Origin: Propionibacteriaceae bacterium
Lineage (GTDB): Bacteria; Actinomycetota; Actinomycetes; Propionibacteriales; Propionibacteriaceae
Length of the DNA: 32,000 nt
Assembly: GCA_031256725.1 (NCBI GenBank)
Contig: JAIRQE010000009.1
Span: forward strand, 1-32,000
Reading direction: 5' to 3'
Shown: positions 18,654 to 27,900 of the stretch, in pieces
How the letters are laid out: every line of letters begins with the position of its first letter
Position numbering within the stretch: position 1 is the first letter of the stretch
The notes under the pieces: model-generated
Seen by the model: only the letters and a program-made list of their open reading frames with translations
Databases searched by the model: none
What the model was told of the DNA's origin: nothing
Position numbers and translations under genes: made by a program

Positions 18654-19752
18654 CTTGCCTCCATATCTTCTTTAAGTGTTCACGATCAATCTTGCCAGAG
18701 GTTGTACGAGGTAACGCATCAATGGTGAGAAACCCGCGTGGACGGGCTGCTGATTCTAAACGTGTCTCTAGCTGTTCTAGGATCTCAGCCTGGCTAGGCC
18801 CTGTTGAAGCCAGGATGACGGTGGAACCCCATACGGGATCAGGGATGGAGAAACAGGCAACCTTTTCGGGAAAGAAAGCGTCAAGATAGGCCTGGATCTG
18901 CGCAAGATCAACATTGACCCCACCTGAAGTCACAACCTCATCTATACGCCCAAGGATTTCTAGACGCCCATCATGGATACACCCACGATCTGAGGTTTTG
19001 AACCGGTTGGAGCGAAGTACCTCAGCTGTGAGTTTCGGTTCCCCGAGATAGCCACTGAATGCTGTTGGAGTCGTGAGAATAACCCGGCCTTCATCTGCCC
19101 CACTGGGCTCGAAATCGATCTCAACTGAATCAAGAGGTACCCCGTCATAGACCACTCCCCCACAGGTTTCACTCATCCCATAGGTGGCGATAACCGGTAT
19201 TCCGCGATCCTCAGCCTCCCTACGAATCCTGGGGTCAACAGGCCCACCACCAATGAGTACCCGCGAGTAGGAGGCCAGGATTGTGGTGATCTGCGGATTC
19301 GCGAGAGCCCTATGAAGTTGTACAGGAACAAGACAGATGTACGAAACCCCCTCAGCCTTGGGGATATCCGTGAGATCAGAAGCACTATCTTGATGAGGGC
19401 ATCCGGCAACTAGGGCACGTACTCGTGTCATGAGTCCTGCCACACACCAGGGTGACAATGGGTTAATCCACTGACCTGGACCTCCGAGACGACTATGGGC
19501 CATATGAGCCGCTTCAATCAGTGAATCCCTGGACAGCATGACCGTCTTTGGGTTTGCCGTTGACCCAGAGGTACTAATGAGAACACCACTGAATCCTTGG
19601 GGAATCTGTTGAAGATCACTGGCATGGGACTCACTGAGGTCAAGAATTCCCTCATCGCCCAAGAGAATCTTTTCCAAGGCCCCCTTCTTTGAGTATGAGG
19701 TTCCATGTTGTAGCGGCGCTGTCATCTCTTCATTATCGCTTTCCACAGACAT
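18628..19752 (-). CDS. menE: o-succinylbenzoate-CoA ligase (short actinobacterial form)
   Basis: AMP-binding motifs: ISTSGSTANPKTVML, YGMSETCGG, FKTSDRG, LPRTTSGKIDR. The 564-codon track ORF continues to 20322, but that extension is antisense to the WXG100 gene. Candidate starts are the ATGs at 19770, 19752 and 19725. Confidence 0.8.
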   Translation of the reverse strand: MSVESDNEEMTAPLQHGTSYSKKGALEKILLGDEGILDLSESHASDLQQIPQGFSGVLISTSGSTANPKTVMLSRDSLIEAAHMAHSRLGGPGQWINPLSPWCVAGLMTRVRALVAGCPHQDSASDLTDIPKAEGVSYICLVPVQLHRALANPQITTILASYSRVLIGGGPVDPRIRREAEDRGIPVIATYGMSETCGGVVYDGVPLDSVEIDFEPSGADEGRVILTTPTAFSGYLGEPKLTAEVLRSNRFKTSDRGCIHDGRLEILGRIDEVVTSGGVNVDLAQIQAYLDAFFPEKVACFSIPDPVWGSTVILASTGPSQAEILEQLETRLESAARPRGFLTIDALPRTTSGKIDREHLKKIWRQGGQRTSMA

Positions 19753-19804
19753 AGAAGGCCAGCCAGGCATCCAACTTGAGTTAACATTCACATAATAAAT
19801 GATG

Positions 19805-19820
19805 TGGGGATTATTCCCCA
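19805..19820. promoter_or_regulatory. Inverted repeat in the menE / T7SS divergent intergenic region
   Basis: TGGGGA-ttat-TCCCCA has 6-bp arms and lies about 80 nt upstream of the WXG100 start. It is a candidate operator. No promoter hexamers could be assigned confidently. Confidence 0.3.
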
Positions 19821-19899
19821 TAGCAGCAGTAATTGTGACTCTATAACCTCGAAAGTATCGCAGGGCACCAGCCTTGCACAAGATACAAGGAGTTCTTTC

Positions 19900-20193
19900 A
19901 TGGCAAATGTGAATGTAACCTACGAGGAGATGCGCACTGCAGCTCAGAAACTGAACGCTGGCAAAGAGGAGATCAACAACAAGTTGGCCGAACTCAAGAG
20001 GTATATTGGCAATTTGGTGTCCAGCGGCTTTGTGACAGATCAGGCTTCGGTGAAGTTCAATGAGACCTACACCACTTACACCACTGGGGCAACTCAGACC
20101 ATCAGTGCACTGGAGGACCTCGCAAATTACCTGAATGTGGCAGCGAATGCCATGCAGGAAACCGATTCCCAACTGGCCGCCGGCCTCGGCTGA
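19900..20193 (+). CDS. esxA: WXG100/ESAT-6-like small secreted protein (T7SS substrate), Trp-less variant
   Basis: AAGGAG at 19886-19891, ATG at 19900. 97 aa, two-helix pattern. N-terminus MANVNVTYEEMRTAA and C-terminus AMQETDSQLAAGLG parallel firmicute EsxA (…VQEQDQQLSNNFGLQ). The hairpin turn reads SSG (20020-20028) where WxG is expected. Confidence 0.82.
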   Translation: MANVNVTYEEMRTAAQKLNAGKEEINNKLAELKRYIGNLVSSGFVTDQASVKFNETYTTYTTGATQTISALEDLANYLNVAANAMQETDSQLAAGLG

Positions 20194-20194
20194 T

Positions 20195-20791
20195 ATGACT
20201 TCAATTATTGGCCTCAGTGGTGCTTCGGGCCAGGACTGGTATTCCTGGCCCGTAGGCACTACTGCATCAACGAAAGAATCCCTAACAGATCGTTTCTCAC
20301 AGGAACCCGACCTCTTGGCCACAACTCTGGACGCTATTTCAAACTGTGACGCTCAGGCTCATGATAGAGGTGCTTCCATAGCTGGGGTCTGGATGCCAAG
20401 CATTACAGAGGGGCAAATCGTTGCTCATATGTGGGCTGGGGTTATACCTGATGCTCAAGATACAGATCTTCGATCTGCCCGACGATATGAGAGAACAATT
20501 CGTGATCGAGGATTCGATGAAGAAACCACGGTCTACTCTCAGCTGATTCAACCCTTTTACGCCGGTGATGTTGAAGGACTTCTGGTTGTGGAAACACGCG
20601 CAGAGGGCGACGGGGCGGAGCCTTACATCTTGGCTCGTGCAATCTACTTTCCAGTATGGACAACAGACCGTGTTGTCTTCGAAGCGATCTCCTCACTCGA
20701 CTTTCTTGAAGGCTTCATTCTTGATGTTGCTTTGATGGCTTCTTCCGTCACAATGACACCCTCAGGCACTAACGAAACGAACAAAACATGA
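20195..20791 (+). CDS. Hypothetical cytoplasmic protein in the T7SS-like operon
   Basis: ATG at 20195 lies 1 nt after the esxA stop. 198 aa with no TM or signal peptide. No family recognised by eye. Confidence 0.6.
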   Translation: MTSIIGLSGASGQDWYSWPVGTTASTKESLTDRFSQEPDLLATTLDAISNCDAQAHDRGASIAGVWMPSITEGQIVAHMWAGVIPDAQDTDLRSARRYERTIRDRGFDEETTVYSQLIQPFYAGDVEGLLVVETRAEGDGAEPYILARAIYFPVWTTDRVVFEAISSLDFLEGFILDVALMASSVTMTPSGTNETNKT

Positions 20792-21648
20792 CCCGCCGTT
20801 TTTCATTCGTTCTTCCCAATACTGATTGGTGGAGGATCCCTCTAGCTTTCCCAGACTCTCGTGCAATGGCTATTGATCGCTTGATCGACGACCGCTTTCC
20901 TAACGTCGACTATGCGGCTCAACTTCGGCATGAAGTTCGCCAAGAACTTACCGAGCAAACCACCAATGCCGCTCGGTTGGGTGGCGTGGTCATGGCCTTC
21001 TTTCTCATGACAAACGAGGAGCATCCTATTTCAGCCAACATGACCTGTTACGACCTTACTGGCCTGATGGCTTTACCTGATGAGCTCGACCCCACAGTCA
21101 TCCTGGCTGAGTATGTAGGCGACAAGGACTTGGCCGAGTCTCTCCCATCCTTGGGTGAAGGCATGATGCCAGATGAGGTACGATCCGCGATCAATTCGTC
21201 CACTGTGGACGATTCTGACGATAGTGAAGCTCTTGGTACCAGGGCACATAAGTCTGAGACTGCAATATATGACCTGCGAAACAGGTTCATGAACAGGCCC
21301 GACATCATTGAGGAATTGGATCGCCTCGCAACTGAAGTCAATGATCTCGATTCAGACAAGGAATGGATTCGAGTCGAGACTCATGGAATGCTCAGTTATC
21401 GTACCCATTACGTTATAGAGGGAAATGATCATTTTGGTGAGGATACCCCAAAGATCCCTAGCCTTCAGATCCATTACCTTCAAGTAATTCCCCATTTTGG
21501 TTTATTGCAAACCACTTTCTCTACACCACTCATTCAGCTTCAGGAATTCTGGTTCTCCTTGTTTGATGCCATTGTGGCAACTTTCCGCAGTGGGGCTCCC
21601 GAAGTAGAAGAGTTTATGGCCGCACCTCAGGAGGTACGACATGGCTAG
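20788..21648 (+). CDS. Hypothetical cytoplasmic protein in the T7SS-like operon (possible distant paralog of the preceding gene)
   Basis: ATGA start/stop overlap at 20788-20791. 286 aa with an acidic central insert. The C-terminal third shows weak by-eye similarity to the previous protein (VET...xYxxV...S...F..D.I pattern). Confidence 0.62.
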   Translation: MTRRFSFVLPNTDWWRIPLAFPDSRAMAIDRLIDDRFPNVDYAAQLRHEVRQELTEQTTNAARLGGVVMAFFLMTNEEHPISANMTCYDLTGLMALPDELDPTVILAEYVGDKDLAESLPSLGEGMMPDEVRSAINSSTVDDSDDSEALGTRAHKSETAIYDLRNRFMNRPDIIEELDRLATEVNDLDSDKEWIRVETHGMLSYRTHYVIEGNDHFGEDTPKIPSLQIHYLQVIPHFGLLQTTFSTPLIQLQEFWFSLFDAIVATFRSGAPEVEEFMAAPQEVRHG

Positions 21649-23125
21649 CGGAGCACATCTCGTTGTAGACACACATACTTTAAAACGAGCCGGAAATACT
21701 CTCAAGACTATTCACGAGTCTTTCACACACGCTGGAGATCATTCAAAAGATGCTGCCTCTCAGTTGGGGCCCGCCTCGATTTCATCCCAAGTGTCTTCTT
21801 TAGTCAAGGCTATCCAAGATTTCGCCTCAAATTGGGATGATCGAAGAAAGAAACTTGCAGAGGGCGTCGACGCACTCAGTCAAGCTGTTACTGAAATTGC
21901 GTCAGCTTTTGAGAACACAGATTCAGAGCTCGCTAAGACACTCTCAGGCACGAATGACGAGATGTGCCGTGAGAATGATCCGACATCCTCGCAGACTGAT
22001 GGGACTGGATCTACCCCAGACACTGAGAGCAGAGTCGATTCCAATGCTGAGTCGAGAACTCAGCCTGATGGCTCCCCTTCATCACCTTCTGATGAGTACA
22101 TTTCTCGATACGAGAACAATGATTACGAGGGTAGCGAAGTGCCAGATGGTTCACCCTCTCCGACCCCTGACTCAGGCAATCTCGGCCCCTCACCATATCC
22201 ATCCGAGCCTCAGCCGTATCCTCCTGAATCACCTTACCCTCCTGGATCTGGACTTCATCCTGACCTTAGACCTCACCCAGGAGACGGATCACACTCTGAA
22301 CACGAATCACGCCCTGGCCATGGACACCATAGAGACTCTCACCATGAACACCCTGGACGCGGGCATCGTGAACATCACCCTGAACATGGATCTCATCCTG
22401 GACATGGACCACACCCAGGACACGACCCTGAACTTGACCCGATACAGTCGCCACAACCTCAACCTCCTGAACAAGAATTTGAACCTGTACCTGTGGAGCC
22501 AGAATTGGATAACGACACTCCACCCATTGAGCCTGACCCCAGTGAAGCAGGACCTGTTGAACCGGATGTACCTGAGTCAGAACCAACAAACCTGGAACCC
22601 ACTGAAAACGAACCCCAGCCAAGTACACCCGAACCCGAAACCGAACCAGAACTGGGATCTATATCCGAATCAGAAAGATCTGGAGGTGGTGGCTCTGCAC
22701 CGCTAGAGCAGTCGCTGGCTGAGGATAGCCCCCTTGCTGAACCACTAGATGGGGATCAGCTTCCAAATGATGACGCTAGTACGCAAGCCAATTCATCTCA
22801 GGCCAGCTCGGAGTACCTGACGAATATTCCTAGTGAATCAAGCACAGTTATTTCAGACATTAACCACAGTACATCCGCTTCAGGCATAGGAAGTTCCATG
22901 ATGGGTGGTACTAGCGTTGGTGCCTCTTCTGTTGGCGGACACTCACCAGAGCGAACAACAGATCGTTCCCGAGCGTCTCACTCTGAAGCTGATTCCAAGG
23001 AAGACTCTGACGAGAAATCAGAAACTCGAGCACGAGGACAAGAAGGAAAACCTCGTGTCCGCGAACGCAGAGTTGACACTGACTCCGAGGTTGGCCTCTT
23101 TAGGGCCGGACCAGGCGAGAACTAA
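21641..23125 (+). CDS. EspC/WXG-like N-terminal helical domain fused to a long Pro/Glu/Ser/His-rich disordered region
   Basis: GGAGG at 21629-21633. The ATG at 21641 overlaps the upstream stop by 8 nt. Residues 1-100 (LVVDTHTLKRAG...FASNWDDRRKKL...IASAFENTDSELAKTL) follow the helix-turn-helix pattern of T7SS targets. The remaining ~390 aa are low complexity with no TM helix. Confidence 0.7.
   Translation: MASGAHLVVDTHTLKRAGNTLKTIHESFTHAGDHSKDAASQLGPASISSQVSSLVKAIQDFASNWDDRRKKLAEGVDALSQAVTEIASAFENTDSELAKTLSGTNDEMCRENDPTSSQTDGTGSTPDTESRVDSNAESRTQPDGSPSSPSDEYISRYENNDYEGSEVPDGSPSPTPDSGNLGPSPYPSEPQPYPPESPYPPGSGLHPDLRPHPGDGSHSEHESRPGHGHHRDSHHEHPGRGHREHHPEHGSHPGHGPHPGHDPELDPIQSPQPQPPEQEFEPVPVEPELDNDTPPIEPDPSEAGPVEPDVPESEPTNLEPTENEPQPSTPEPETEPELGSISESERSGGGGSAPLEQSLAEDSPLAEPLDGDQLPNDDASTQANSSQASSEYLTNIPSESSTVISDINHSTSASGIGSSMMGGTSVGASSVGGHSPERTTDRSRASHSEADSKEDSDEKSETRARGQEGKPRVRERRVDTDSEVGLFRAGPGEN
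22253..22429 (+). repeat. His-rich imperfect tandem coding repeats (HPGHG/HPEHG-type)
   Basis: 59 codons encode LHPDLRPHPGDGSHSEHESRPGHGHHRDSHHEHPGRGHREHHPEHGSHPGHGPHPGHDP, with 18 His by direct count. The DNA shows reiterated CAYCCTGRACAYGGA-like units. Confidence 0.7.
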
Positions 23126-23158
23126 TCCCAGACAGACCACGATATCAAGGAGAGACTC

Positions 23159-24865
23159 GTGACACACAGACGAGAGTGGAGAGTTTTAGCCACTACAGAT
23201 CCCATTCCAGGAGAAGTAGCAGGTATCAAGGATGCTGCTGATGATTACGAGCGCATCAAGAGAGCACTGCAACAAGCCACCGAGGATCTCACTACAGTCA
23301 TTCAAGGTGAAATTGGGGATCAATACGACTCCCAAGCTGTGGATGCCATCAAAGAGTCGGCCACGACAATTCGCGACGGTTTATCTAAGGTAACCTCACG
23401 GTACTCCGTCGCCGCATGCCAACTCAAAGAATATGCGGATGCCTTGGAGAAGGCACAGACAAAGGCGGATCAAGCTGAAACTGAAGCTCAAAAGGCATTG
23501 GATGCCCGAAGAAGAGCTGAAGATGATGCGCAGTTCGCTCGGAACACAAAGAATCGAATCCAGCAAAACATATCAGCTAGCACAACTGCAGTCAATAGGA
23601 GTATCGATAGTTACAACGAGTCTGTGCGGCTGAACAACAATGCGGGCCCAGGGATTGAGACTTTTGATCTTTCACCTATGAAGCGATCAATTGATCGCCA
23701 AAAGTCTGAGTTGGACTCCTTGAAAACCTCGTATGATCGCGCTCAGCAAGCCCTAGCAGAAGCTGAACGTCAGATTCAGATCCATAATCAGCACATTGAC
23801 GAGCAGCGTAAGAAGCTTGAAGCAGCTATAAAAGAGCGTGATGCTGCTGCCCAGAAGGCAGCCGACGCCATACGTTCAATCATGGATTCTGATGGACAAA
23901 ATGACACATGGTGGGATGACTGGGGCTCCAAGATTGCCGACTTTATTGGAGGGATTCTTGAGTGGCTCGGGGAGATGGTTGGCAAGGTTATTGCCGGGAT
24001 TGTCCAAATAATCCAGGGACTCATTCAAGCAATGCAGTCTCTGAGAGATCTTGCTAATGCCTTTGTTCAGGGGATCCTGACTGGAGACTGGGATGATTTT
24101 GGCCAGGCACTGCAAAATCTTGCAAACTCAGTCAAGATAGTCCTTAAGGGTATCTCTACCCTGGCTGATGGATTGTCAAGCATCCTAACAATAGTTGGAA
24201 TCTTCCTTGTACTCTCTGGAGTCGGTGCTGGGGCAGGAGCCGCACTGCTCAGTGCTGCATCTATTCTTTCTCTAGTGAAGTCAGGAAGTGACTTACTATT
24301 CGCTGTATCAGAAGGTGATTGGAGCGCAGCTGGATGGGCCGTAGCTATGGCTGGTGTTTCTTTCCTTACTAAAGTGGGCTCAAGTAAAATTGCTGCGAAA
24401 TATGCAGATGCAGTCATGAGCAATATGGGGAATGCAGGAAGACAAGCTCTAACCTCCTCAACAGAATTAGGCATCTGGACTGCTGCTTACGAAAAAGGGA
24501 TGCATCTTGCAGGACTCGGATTAGATATTGGAGAAAACTCGCGTGATCTATATGAACATATGACCACCAGAAGCAAGAGTACCTCTCTCCAGAGTTGGAG
24601 TGTTCAAAACTCTAGGGATGAGTCATTCCGTATGACCCCAGTTTTCGGCGCAATATCTACGATTGATACTGCAGCAAAGGGTTATTACACCGATGCGATA
24701 AGCAAGACTTTCACGTCGTCAATGGCTGAAGTGTCCCGGTTCAAAGGTGTGACTAACACCCCTGGTCCATTCACAGTGATTCCAGGTGTAGTCAAAGGAT
24801 CTGGACGCGTATTTTCCAAACTGCAATTCACTCAGGTGGTACTCCCAGCATTCAACCGTCAGTAG
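23159..24865 (+). CDS. Protein with actinobacterial T7SS-substrate-like N-terminal domain, coiled-coil and glycine-rich membrane region (candidate effector or membrane component)
   Basis: AAGGAGAG at 23146-23153, GTG at 23159. The N-terminus WRVLATTDPIPGEVAGIKDAADDYERIK...AVDAIKE...YSVAACQLKEYADALEKAQTKADQAE matches the pattern I recall for N-terminal secretion domains of actinobacterial T7SS polymorphic toxins. Hydrophobic Gly-rich helices span about 23890-24375 (ILTIVGIFLVLSGVGAGAGAALLSAASILSLV and AAGWAVAMAGVSFL). Confidence 0.68.
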   Translation: MTHRREWRVLATTDPIPGEVAGIKDAADDYERIKRALQQATEDLTTVIQGEIGDQYDSQAVDAIKESATTIRDGLSKVTSRYSVAACQLKEYADALEKAQTKADQAETEAQKALDARRRAEDDAQFARNTKNRIQQNISASTTAVNRSIDSYNESVRLNNNAGPGIETFDLSPMKRSIDRQKSELDSLKTSYDRAQQALAEAERQIQIHNQHIDEQRKKLEAAIKERDAAAQKAADAIRSIMDSDGQNDTWWDDWGSKIADFIGGILEWLGEMVGKVIAGIVQIIQGLIQAMQSLRDLANAFVQGILTGDWDDFGQALQNLANSVKIVLKGISTLADGLSSILTIVGIFLVLSGVGAGAGAALLSAASILSLVKSGSDLLFAVSEGDWSAAGWAVAMAGVSFLTKVGSSKIAAKYADAVMSNMGNAGRQALTSSTELGIWTAAYEKGMHLAGLGLDIGENSRDLYEHMTTRSKSTSLQSWSVQNSRDESFRMTPVFGAISTIDTAAKGYYTDAISKTFTSSMAEVSRFKGVTNTPGPFTVIPGVVKGSGRVFSKLQFTQVVLPAFNRQ

Positions 24866-24900
24866 CCACAGTTCAATTGTCTTTAAAGTAGAGAGTACAA

Positions 24901-27900
24901 ATGAAGATCAAACTCACCCTTGCAACTCCTCAGGGTCCTCGAGATATAGCCGTCACTGCAGACGCAACAGCTACAGTCGAAGATGTTGCTGCAACTATAG
25001 AGAGAAGCCTCGCCTTTCAGGCGGGGCTTGCTCCTTCCGCACCACCCCATGGACTTACCTTGCAGACCCTCAATCGAGAGGGTCAAGTGGAACGCACGCT
25101 CCTATCAGAGTCCAGCCTCACAGATGCAGGCCTACTGTCGGGTGCTCATGTAAGGGTGAACAGAGTCGAAAGACCCGCTCACATAGATGATCGCTCCTCT
25201 GCTGCTGCTCTACTTCATATCGTCAAAGGGCCAGAGATAGGCAAAACTCTGACTTTACGCTCTGGACCAAATACTATTGGCCGGAGTCCTGCAGCTGACA
25301 TCACTATCAATGATCCCTTTATTTCTGGCATCCACGCGCGAGTAGTTGTTTCTGATCATGTCCAAATCATTGACATGAACTCCGCAAATGGGATCACTAT
25401 AGGTGATGGCTTAGTTGAACGCGCCAATCTAGAATCTCATGACATTGTCGTTATCGGTGATACTCACTTCCGAGTCGAGCGCAACATGTCCGCAGGTGCT
25501 GCTTCCGCTTGGAGTACCTCCATCGAGTTCAATCGCTCACCTCAGGTTTGGCCTAAATACGAAGGCAAGACTTTCAAACTGCCACAACCTCCTGGTACTC
25601 CCAAACCTAATAAGTTTCCTCTCATCGCGATGTTAGCTCCGCTGGTCATGGGAGCCATCATGTTCTTGCTGACACGAGAAGTCATGAGCATAATATTCGT
25701 TGCACTCAGCCCAGTCATTGGCGTCATCACTTGGCTTGATCGAGTTATCGCGGACAAGAAGGAGCTCAAGCAACGGGTCAAGGACTTCACCGAAGACATA
25801 GAGGTCCTGACTGATGAGGTGACATCGTCTCTGGAAGAAGAACAACAGATTCGACGAACCGAAGTTCCTTCACTGGCCGCCCTCGTCAGTTCTGTGTCTC
25901 AACTTACGCCCACATTGTGGCATAGGCGACCTGATGATGAGACTTTCCTAACCCTCACTGGAGGATATGGAACCACCCCATCTCGTTCAACACTTGACTC
26001 CCCTCAGCGTGGGGAGTCCCCAACAGAATTATGGAAACAAATTGAAGATCTCCAAGCAGTGGGAAAGAGTGTTGAGAACGTCCCCATTCTGGTTCCACTA
26101 CGAGAAACAGGGAATCTTGGCATAGCAGGTACCTCTTCTTGGCTTGATTCTGTTGCCTGCGCAATGCTCACGCAATTGGCATGCTTGCACTCTCCTGCTG
26201 AGGTCACCATCGCTGGTATCGCATCCCAGGCCTCATGCCACCGTTGGACCTGGTTGATGTGGCTGCCCCATGTGGGTTCAACTCATTCCCCCATTGATGG
26301 TCCTCATCTTGCTTCCACTCCTGCAGCTGTGTCCTCCTTAATATCTAAACTCGAGGAGCTCTCAGCAAAGAGACGTGAGTATTTACAGAATGCAAGCGAG
26401 GCACTACCTGCGATCATCCTATTGGTTGAAAACGATGCACCCATTGAGCGTGGCCGCTTGGTGTCTTTGGCTGAGAAGGGCCCCGAGACTGGAATCCACC
26501 TCATTTGGATTGCCTCCGAACAACCTGATCTTCCTGCAGCCTGCCATGCATATTTCATTGAAGATCATGGTGAGCAGATGATGAAGATCGGCTTTACTCA
26601 CGACAATGTAGAAATCAACATCAGTTCATGTGAGACTCTCCCTCCCTCACAAGCTCTTGCAGTGGCTCGAAAGATGTCCCCCATCCAGGATGCCGGAGCT
26701 CCTGTTGTCGATCAGTCAGATCTTCCTAGATCTATCTCTTACCTAACTCTTGCTGGAGCACCCTTTGCTGATGATCCCTCTTTTACCTTGGAACGATGGG
26801 CTGAGAATGGTTCCCTTCTTCGGCCTGGGGAACTTCCTCCATCATCCGGTTCGAACCTTAGGGGCCTAGTGGGGCAAGGGTCACATGGAGAGTTCGTCCT
26901 TGATCTTCGAGTACATGGGCCCCATGCTCTTGTGGGTGGAACCACTGGCGCTGGAAAGTCAGAGTTCCTCCAAGCCTGGGTTCTGGGTATGGCAGGAGCC
27001 AATAGCCCCAAGAGGATAACCTTCCTTTTTGTTGATTACAAGGGTGGAGCAGCCTTCGCTGAATGTGTGCAACTCCCCCATTGCGTGGGACTCGTGACAG
27101 ACCTTTCACCCCATCTAGTACGTCGGGCACTGACATCACTCAAGGCCGAACTTCGTTACCGGGAGCATCTCCTTAACGACAAGGAAGCCAAGGATCTGGT
27201 TTCTCTTGAAGCCACAGGAGATCCCGAGTGCCCACCCTCACTCATCATCATTGTCGATGAGTTTGCTGCTCTCGCCAAGGAGATTCCCGAGTTTGTTGAT
27301 GGAGTCGTGGATGTTGCCCAACGTGGCCGCTCCTTAGGTATGCATCTCATCATGGCCACACAGCGCCCTGCGGGTGTTATCAAGGATAATCTTCGAGCAA
27401 ACACCAATCTCCGAATTGCGCTAAGAATGGCAGATGAGTCAGATTCAACTGATGTTATTGGAACACCTCTTGCATCTGAGTTTGATTCCCGTACCCCTGG
27501 TAGAGGGGCGGTGCGCACAGGACCAGGTCGAATTGCTTTGTTCCAGTCGGGATATGCAGGTGGGCGTACTAAGAGCGAACCAGAGCCTTCGAGGGTTGAC
27601 ATTGAGACGATGGTTTTCGGAGCAGGAATTCCTTGGGAAGTACCTTCACTAACAGGTACAAAACCCAAGGCCACTGGACCGAAAGACATTCAGAGAATTG
27701 TGAGAAGCATTTGTACAGCCTCTGCTATTGCCCAAGTCCCTGAACCACGCAAACCGTGGCTACCGGATTTACAAGATGCCTATGATCTAGACGAACTGTT
27801 CCCACTGACTATAAATCAGGCCAAAGAGACTGGAGCGACGAACCTAGCTCTGGGCATCATGGATGATCCAGCTCACCAAGATCAACATCCAGTCTTCTGG

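Noticed and set aside
19753-20322. 5' extension of the menE ORF: the 564-aa frame stays open across the intergenic region and the whole of esxA on the opposite strand
   Set aside because: The extension has no AMP-ligase similarity. The opposite strand encodes a WXG100-like protein with a strong AAGGAG site. MenE motifs begin well downstream, and actinobacterial MenE proteins are short as far as I recall. I treat it as a chance open antisense frame.
21837-22706. 289-aa alternative-frame plus-strand ORF, and the 120-aa minus-strand ORF at 22266-22628
   Set aside because: Both fall in the repetitive His/Pro/Glu-coding DNA of the 21641-23125 gene. Repeats keep several frames open. Only the annotated frame has operon-consistent start/stop coupling and a structured N-domain.
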